Shown: one piece after another, positions 58,006 through 64,000 of the stretch
Position numbering within the stretch: position 1 is the first letter of the stretch
Layout of the letters: each line of letters opens with the position of its first letter
Assembly (NCBI GenBank): GCA_964560445.1
Contig: CAZLLT010000007.1
Location: forward strand, 20,255 to 84,254
Length of the DNA stretch: 64,000 bases
Reading direction: 5' to 3'
DNA from: an uncultured Chitinophaga sp.
GTDB taxonomy: Bacteria > Bacteroidota > Bacteroidia > Chitinophagales > Chitinophagaceae
Program-made: the position numbers and the translations under genes
Notes under the pieces: generated by a model
What the model was told of the DNA's origin: nothing
The model's input: the letters and a program-made list of their open reading frames with translations, nothing else
The model's database searches: none

Positions 58006-58839
58006 ATGATTGTTTTTCCAAATTGCAAGGTCAATCTGGGGTTGAACATACTCAAAAAAAGGGAAGACGGTTACCATAATATTGAAACCGTTTTTTATCC
58101 TATCCCTCTGCATGATATATTTGAAGTGGTGCTGTATAACAGTAAAAACCGCACATCTTCCCTTCCTTTCAGTTTCAGCGGCATTCCGGTTAAAGGCTCT
58201 GTACGTTCCAATCTTTGCCACAAGGCTTTCTGGCTGCTGAAAAAAGATTTTCCCAACCTGCCGCATATTGCCATGCACCTGCACAAGGTTATTCCTTCCG
58301 GCGCGGGGCTGGGTGGCGGCAGCGCCAATGCCGCTTTTGCCTTAACGACTTTTAATAAACTGTTTGCATTACACTTAACGGAGCAGCAGTTAATCAGCTA
58401 CGCAGCCGAACTGGGAAGCGATTGCCCGTTCTTCATCATCAATAAACCCTGCTCCGGCAGCGGCCGCGGTGAAATACTGCAACCTGTTCAGTTGGATTTA
58501 TCCGGCTATAAAATGGTACTCGTAAATCCCGGTATTCATATCAACACAGGCGATGCTTTCCGGCAACTGGCGCCATCTGCTCCAGCCCTTCCGGTAAAAG
58601 AAGCTGTCTTGCTTCCCGTTCAGGAATGGAAAAATGCCCTGGTCAATGATTTTGAAAAAGTCATTTTTTCGCTTCACCCGGCCATCGCGGGCATTAAAGA
58701 ACAATTATATAATGCCGGGGCAATGTACGCTTCCATGAGTGGCAGCGGCAGCACAGTGTTCGGATTGTTCAATAAAGCAGATACAGTAGCGTTGCCTTTT
58801 CCATCTTCCTGGTTTGTGAAAAAGATAACAGGTCTTTAA
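58006..58839 (+). CDS. ispE: 4-(cytidine 5'-diphospho)-2-C-methyl-D-erythritol kinase
   Basis: KVNLGLNI...REDGYHNIET, KVIPSGAGLGGGS, LGSDCPFF and SMSGSGS. Confidence 0.96.
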   Translation: MIVFPNCKVNLGLNILKKREDGYHNIETVFYPIPLHDIFEVVLYNSKNRTSSLPFSFSGIPVKGSVRSNLCHKAFWLLKKDFPNLPHIAMHLHKVIPSGAGLGGGSANAAFALTTFNKLFALHLTEQQLISYAAELGSDCPFFIINKPCSGSGRGEILQPVQLDLSGYKMVLVNPGIHINTGDAFRQLAPSAPALPVKEAVLLPVQEWKNALVNDFEKVIFSLHPAIAGIKEQLYNAGAMYASMSGSGSTVFGLFNKADTVALPFPSSWFVKKITGL

Positions 58840-58865
58840 ATCCCTAACTACTCAATCCCAAATCC

Positions 58866-59354
58866 TCATCCCTCTGCCAGCCTCAACAACCCCTCCACAT
58901 CCAGTGGCTCCGTTACCATTTGCAAATTACCTTCTTTATCAAAAGGCCATTCTTCTTTAGGTCTGTCCCAATATAATTCCACGCCGTTCTTATCGGGGTC
59001 GTCAAGATATATCGCCTCGCTTACACCGTGATCGGCAGCGCCGGTAAGCGGATAGCTATGGTCTGTCAACCTTTTTACTATTACGGCAAGGTCTTTTCGG
59101 GTGGGATAAAGAATAGCCGTATGGTACAAACCTGCTGCCCGCACCGGCGCAGGTCCTGCCCCTTTGCTATGCCATATATTCAATCCGATATGATGGTGAT
59201 AGCCGCCTGCAGAAACAAAAGCAGCGCCATTGCCATATAACTGCTGCACCTCAAAGCCCAGCAGGTCGCGGTAAAATTGCAACGACCGTTCCAGGTCGGA
59301 CACTTTCAGGTGTATATGTCCTATCCTTGTGCCGGAGGGAACTATATAATCCAT
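58866..59354 (-). CDS. VOC family protein (CatE-like single domain)
   Basis: IGHIHLKVSDL, GGYHHHIGLNIW, GLYHTAIL and DHGVSEAIYLDDPDKNGVELY. Confidence 0.9.
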   Translation of the reverse strand: MDYIVPSGTRIGHIHLKVSDLERSLQFYRDLLGFEVQQLYGNGAAFVSAGGYHHHIGLNIWHSKGAGPAPVRAAGLYHTAILYPTRKDLAVIVKRLTDHSYPLTGAADHGVSEAIYLDDPDKNGVELYWDRPKEEWPFDKEGNLQMVTEPLDVEGLLRLAEG

Positions 59355-59487
59355 ATCATGTTTTATTGCAAGTTAGGGTTTTAAAAAGATGAGTTGACGG
59401 TCGGCAATCCGCAAGGTTCATATTAAATAACCTGTTGCAGGCCACCGGGTATTGGGACACCCGATAGCTACTGGTTTTTCAATTTTG

Positions 59488-59564
59488 AACCACAGAGGCA
59501 CCGGGAACACAAAGCAGCACAGAGCTAACCCTGTGAATCTCCGTGTCGTTGTGTCCCCGTGGTT
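59488..59564. repeat. AACCACAGAG...CCGTGGTT periodic palindromic REP-like element
   Basis: Several cacagag/cacaaag units mirrored by ctgtg/ccgtg units; same family as the interior of 51596-51760. Confidence 0.6.
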
Positions 59565-59796
59565 AGTTTTTTGACAAATACTATTTCAAGCTGTGCCACT
59601 ACCGGCCCGGGGCCTGCCGTCTCAACTATATTCCTTACCTTGCACTTATCAAAGGTCAATCGGCCATATCATTCCTGAAGCAGCACCTCGATCTGCTGAA
59701 CCACTGACACATGCCCTGTATGTCCGCTGCAATTCTTCTTTGCTGCGCTGCCTGTTTTATTTATCCGGTTTATTTCACCATTCCCCATTTCATTTT

Positions 59797-61014
59797 ATGA
59801 CCTACTCTACACAACATTATCTTGAGCTCGAAGAAAAATACGGCGCCCATAATTATCATCCCCTCCCTGTAGTGCTCAGTCGCGGCTGCGGGGTGTATGT
59901 ATGGGATGTGGAAGGCAAAAAATATTTTGATTTTCTCAGCGGGTACTCTGCCGTTAACCAGGGGCATTGCCATCCCGCCATTGTAAAGGCGCTTACGGAC
60001 CAGGCGCAACAACTTACACTTACCAGCCGTGCTTTTTACAACGACCAGTTGGGACATTATGAGCAGTACATTACTTCCCTGTTCGGGTACGATAAAGTAT
60101 TGCCCATGAATACCGGTGTGGAAGCAGTGGAAACCGGCCTCAAGCTATGCCGCAAATGGGCTTATGAGGTAAAAGGCGTAGAAAAAGAAAAAGCTGAGAT
60201 CATTGTATGCGAAGGCAATTTTCATGGCCGCACTTCTGCCGTTATCTCCTTCAGCAGCGATGCTTCTTCCAAAGAAAACTTCGGGCCGTACATGCCCGGC
60301 TTCCGGGTAATTCCCTACAATGATATGCCGGCATTGGAAAAAGCATTGGAGAATAAAAATGCGGCGGGCTTCCTTGTAGAACCGATACAGGGTGAAGCCG
60401 GCGTGGTGGTGCCTGATGACGGGTATCTTGCCAAAGCAAAACAGCTATGCGAAAAAGCCAATGTGCTTTTCATTGCGGATGAAATACAAACCGGCCTGGG
60501 CCGCACCGGCGCCATGCTGGCCTGCCAGTATGAAAATGTACGGCCCGATATTGTATTGCTGGGCAAAGCGCTGAGCGGCGGTATGTTGCCCGTAAGCGCC
60601 GTACTTTGCGATGATGAAATTATGCTTACCATAAAGCCAGGTGAACATGGCTCTACTTATGGCGGCAACCCGCTGGCCTGCGCCGTAGCCATCGCATCGC
60701 TGGAAGTGCTGCAACGGGAAAATATGCCGGCCAATGCAAAAGAGATGGGTGAACTACTGCGTGATGAACTGCGAAAAATTGCATCGCCCTATCTACATAT
60801 TGTAAGGGGCAGGGGATTGCTGAATGCAATAGTAATAAAACACCCCGACCCGGATGCCGCCTGGAGGCTTTGCCTTCGTTTAAAAGAAGAAGGCCTGCTT
60901 GCCAAGCCCACGCATGGCGATAAGATACGTTTTGCCCCGCCACTGGTCATCAATAAAGAGCAGGTACTGGAATGTACCGGTATAATAAAGAACAGCCTTG
61001 CAGCGCTGGATTAA
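59797..61014 (+). CDS. rocD: Ornithine--oxo-acid transaminase
   Basis: [58 protein letters not shown] and [11 protein letters not shown]. Confidence 0.95.
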   Translation: MTYSTQHYLELEEKYGAHNYHPLPVVLSRGCGVYVWDVEGKKYFDFLSGYSAVNQGHCHPAIVKALTDQAQQLTLTSRAFYNDQLGHYEQYITSLFGYDKVLPMNTGVEAVETGLKLCRKWAYEVKGVEKEKAEIIVCEGNFHGRTSAVISFSSDASSKENFGPYMPGFRVIPYNDMPALEKALENKNAAGFLVEPIQGEAGVVVPDDGYLAKAKQLCEKANVLFIADEIQTGLGRTGAMLACQYENVRPDIVLLGKALSGGMLPVSAVLCDDEIMLTIKPGEHGSTYGGNPLACAVAIASLEVLQRENMPANAKEMGELLRDELRKIASPYLHIVRGRGLLNAIVIKHPDPDAAWRLCLRLKEEGLLAKPTHGDKIRFAPPLVINKEQVLECTGIIKNSLAALD

Positions 61015-61056
61015 GGCGCTGCGAAGAAAGAGTTGTCGTCCTGATGCCGGGTAGAT

Positions 61057-61092
61057 AAAAAAAGGCCGTCCCGGTAACCCGTCGGGACAGCC
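61057..61092 (-). terminator. Intrinsic terminator oriented on the minus strand
   Basis: Minus GGCTGTCCCG-loop-CGGGACGGCC-T7; may also stop rocD. Confidence 0.7.
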
Positions 61093-61442
61093 TTGAGTAT
61101 GGGTAGTTTTTCATTGATGTACTAACCGTTATGGTACAGGATTAATTTTCCTTTTCAATAATATACAAGCCGGTTTTTTGTCTTTACACAAGCAAAAAAC
61201 ACTAACAGCTAAATCGTTACGCAATAGAATAAAGGGAAACCTCGAATACCTATAAAGTCACTGATCTTTATACAGGATTGGATAAACAAGAGGAGAATGT
61301 TCCTCTAAAACGTACGCCGCAGGTTAATGGTAGAAATTAGTTACTCAAAGGGTGAAGAATCAAACGTATCGTAAATATACGATGCGAATTTGAAAATGCA
61401 AGTCCACACGAAAAAAAAATCAGATAATAATTTATTATATAT

Positions 61443-61471
61443 AAAAAAAGGCCATGATAAACATGGCCTTT
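61443..61471 (-). terminator. Terminator of the T9SS gene
   Basis: aaaaaaaggccatg-ataaa-catggccttt, 23 nt beyond the stop. Confidence 0.75.
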
Positions 61472-61494
61472 CAACTGATTGGTATTGCTATGGG

Positions 61495-64000
61495 TTACTG
61501 CACCAGCACTGCTTTTGTAAGCTGTGTATCGCTGCTGCTCAATTGCAGGTAATACATTCCTGCTTTCAGCGAAGCAGGTAACTGCATTGATTGTGTAATA
61601 AACCCGCCGCTGTGGTTGAATGCTTCTGCATATACCTGCTGGCCTCCGGCATTCACGATGCGAAGTGTATATTGTCCCTGCGCCAGTGAGGATGCCTGCA
61701 ATGATAATTGCTGACCGCCTTTAACGGGGTTGGGATATACAGCAATCTGCGTAGCTGATATATTTCTTGTATCCACCCTTACAATAATGCTGAAAGCCAC
61801 TTTGCCATCCAGTTCCACAGAACGGATGCGATAGAAATTCACACCGTTCAGCGGCGCTGCATCAAAATAATTGTAATCGGAACGGCTGCCATCATTACGC
61901 AAAGCAGTTACGGTTCCTAATGCAGTAAAGCTTCTGCCGTCTGCAGAACGTTCTACCACATAATTGTTCATATTGCTTTCTGTAAGGTTATTCCATTCCA
62001 CACGGATGCCACTGCCCTGCTCCACTGCTTTTACATATCCAAAATGAACAGGAAGGGCAATGAATAACTCACCGCCTACAGAGAAATTAGAGAAGCCTAT
62101 CAGGCCGGTACGCTGAAGAATGGCTACTTCATTGGAACCTGTAGTTGTTACATGGGTACCTTCCAATGTCCATGGCTCCCATGTTTCACTCCTTTTCAGC
62201 AGGTAGAGTTTAGTATAATCTCTGATACTGTAAAAGTTTCTTGCAGTGAAGGTGGCTGTATAAGGCGTGTTGGTAAATCCTGCAGCTATCTCCTCCTCTT
62301 TTATCTCCCAATACCCTTCATCAGCTACTGTATTGATCTCATCAGACGCATCCGGCGGATAAAGCGGCAGGCCGACAGTACCGGGATGCTCAGCTACAAA
62401 CCTTCCTTCCAGGCGGCCTCCGCTGGCAGGGTTGCTTTCAAACTCAATCAAGGCTTGCTGATACTGGGTTTCAGTACCTACCGGGAACAGGTAATCGGTT
62501 TTATCTGTTGTTATCTGTTGCACCAGCCTTCCCTCGCCATTCGTTACCACATAGCTGTCTGGTGAGCCGCCTTCTACACTATTTACAGTAAGGAAATAAT
62601 TGCCGATTGTGATTTTTCCGTTTACAAAATTTATATCTCCGCTGATTGTTTTATGCGAGGTTAATACCGTTTCTGTACCACCGTCAATAGCAAGCGGCGA
62701 ACTTAACACGATATTACCCGGACCACCTAAGACCGCATCAGCCCCGTTAATAACAAACCCGCCTGAGCTTGCGGCCTGCGTTACTGTTCCTGTGCCCCTG
62801 ATGCCGTTACGGAAGATTTTAGCGCCATTTCCGCCAAAGTTAACCGCCGTATTTGCTTCTAATACTCCTTTAACCGTCAACGCTGTACCCCCTCCGATAT
62901 TACCCGCTGGTGCAGTTGTAAAACGAAGAACCGGAACCGTTGTTTCATCTGCATCAGGAAAATAAGTAACGCCGGTAGCACCCGGTGTCGCTGTAGCATT
63001 CCACTCAAAAATGGAACCATCATCCCATATATATCTCGCTGGGGTTGTAACAAACGAATTTAGACTTCCACCGCCTAAGCCACCACCGGCACCTAACCTG
63101 ATAATACCGCCACTTTCGATTTTGATAGTTGCGCCATCATTAAGCGTCTGAAAGTTAGTATATCCCAGTCCTGATGTTATTTGATATACACCTCCATTTT
63201 TGATAATAAGATCGTTTCCGTCTCCGTCATTAAAAATTATTCTATTGCCGGAGGTAGAAGCATTAACTAATATTCCGCCAGATTCAATCACAACCTGGTC
63301 TGCAGTTACAGCGCCATTGGTCGTTACGGTATGAGATATAGTAATACCGGCTGACTCTTCTGTCGGCACCAGTGTTGATCCCTGCCATGTGTTTCCGTCT
63401 GCAGAACTTTCCCATGTGGATGGATCACCCCAGTTGCCATTTTCCTGAGAACGGAAATAATCTGTAGCCGAGCTTGCTGTCTGCGGAGTAGCATCCACTT
63501 CCACGCCATCGCTCCAGTCGGCCGCAACGTTGGAATAAGTAAATATTTTAAAATAATACTGCGTACCATTGGTCAGCCCGGTTACATTCACAGAAGCGCC
63601 GCTTCCCTTATACACTACAAAACCATTGCCTAACGCATCCCCGTCTTCAAAATTGGCATCGGCCGTATAAGCGGCAGGGCTGCCGGAAGGTGTGCCTGAG
63701 TTGGCAGCGCCTGCACTGGCAACTACCAGTACTTCATCCGCACAGGTAACAGGGATAGTCCAGGAAACAGTCGCAGTGTTAGTGCCCGGCGATGCCCCTG
63801 CGCCTGTTACATCTAACGGCTCCGTACAGGAAGGATATTCAAAATCGGCAAGGTTGCGGGGCACCAGTTGAGCAGTAGTATTAAAGATCAACACCACACC
63901 TGTTACACTGGTCAGTTCTACTGCAGGAATAGGTGTACCAATGTAATCCAGGTCGTTATAAGCCGTACGTAATACACCGTTATTGATACCATCTGTAATC
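61495..64000 (-). CDS. Large T9SS type A-sorted protein (5' end outside the window)
   Basis: The frame stays open from 63897 to the window edge (...DGINNGVLRTAYNDLDYIG...). FN3-like LTNGTQYYFKIF; DYFRSQENGNW..W; C-terminal ALPVHFG and VYPNPVKG...AGMYYLQL CTD. Confidence 0.88.
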   Translation of the reverse strand, partial: ITDGINNGVLRTAYNDLDYIGTPIPAVELTSVTGVVLIFNTTAQLVPRNLADFEYPSCTEPLDVTGAGASPGTNTATVSWTIPVTCADEVLVVASAGAANSGTPSGSPAAYTADANFEDGDALGNGFVVYKGSGASVNVTGLTNGTQYYFKIFTYSNVAADWSDGVEVDATPQTASSATDYFRSQENGNWGDPSTWESSADGNTWQGSTLVPTEESAGITISHTVTTNGAVTADQVVIESGGILVNASTSGNRIIFNDGDGNDLIIKNGGVYQITSGLGYTNFQTLNDGATIKIESGGIIRLGAGGGLGGGSLNSFVTTPARYIWDDGSIFEWNATATPGATGVTYFPDADETTVPVLRFTTAPAGNIGGGTALTVKGVLEANTAVNFGGNGAKIFRNGIRGTGTVTQAASSGGFVINGADAVLGGPGNIVLSSPLAIDGGTETVLTSHKTISGDINFVNGKITIGNYFLTVNSVEGGSPDSYVVTNGEGRLVQQITTDKTDYLFPVGTETQYQQALIEFESNPASGGRLEGRFVAEHPGTVGLPLYPPDASDEINTVADEGYWEIKEEEIAAGFTNTPYTATFTARNFYSIRDYTKLYLLKRSETWEPWTLEGTHVTTTGSNEVAILQRTGLIGFSNFSVGGELFIALPVHFGYVKAVEQGSGIRVEWNNLTESNMNNYVVERSADGRSFTALGTVTALRNDGSRSDYNYFDAAPLNGVNFYRIRSVELDGKVAFSIIVRVDTRNISATQIAVYPNPVKGGQQLSLQASSLAQGQYTLRIVNAGGQQVYAEAFNHSGGFITQSMQLPASLKAGMYYLQLSSSDTQLTKAVLVQ

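Overview
Chromosomal window from a Bacteroidota genome, most likely Chitinophagaceae-like. This is inferred from TAnnTTTG-type -7 promoter boxes, a SusC/SusD locus and T9SS C-terminal domains. Housekeeping genes include rsmF-like, pntA1/A2/pntB, folA, thyA, proline dehydrogenase, rlmH, tilS, etfBA, ispE, rocD and tRNA-Arg(ACG). They are interleaved with a beta-1,3-glucan/laminarin-type PUL (2x GH16, PKD lipoprotein, SusD, SusC, propeller-YYY-LuxR regulator), a HigBA toxin-antitoxin pair and an accessory block at about 34.3-48.8 kb. That block holds a beta-helix protein paired with a T9SS repeat protein, a TPR histidine kinase with a NarL-type regulator, and a secreted caspase-TPR protein divergent from an output-less CHASE2 membrane protein and a FecR/DUF928-like secreted partner. 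A second secreted caspase-TPR protein, with one dead and one active caspase domain, lies at 3.4-6.8 kb. Three promoters in the block, and more weakly the first caspase gene, share a 7-2-7 inverted repeat exactly 23 nt upstream of the -7 box, which suggests one regulon. Other points of interest: a transposase-less structured RNA candidate next to the tRNA, 7-nt periodic repeats that insert the same peptide (PEIQNPKS) into two unrelated enzymes, and two single-base homopolymer frameshifts. No integrase, transposase, CRISPR array or rRNA was recognised. All family assignments come from reading motifs by eye, not from database searches.
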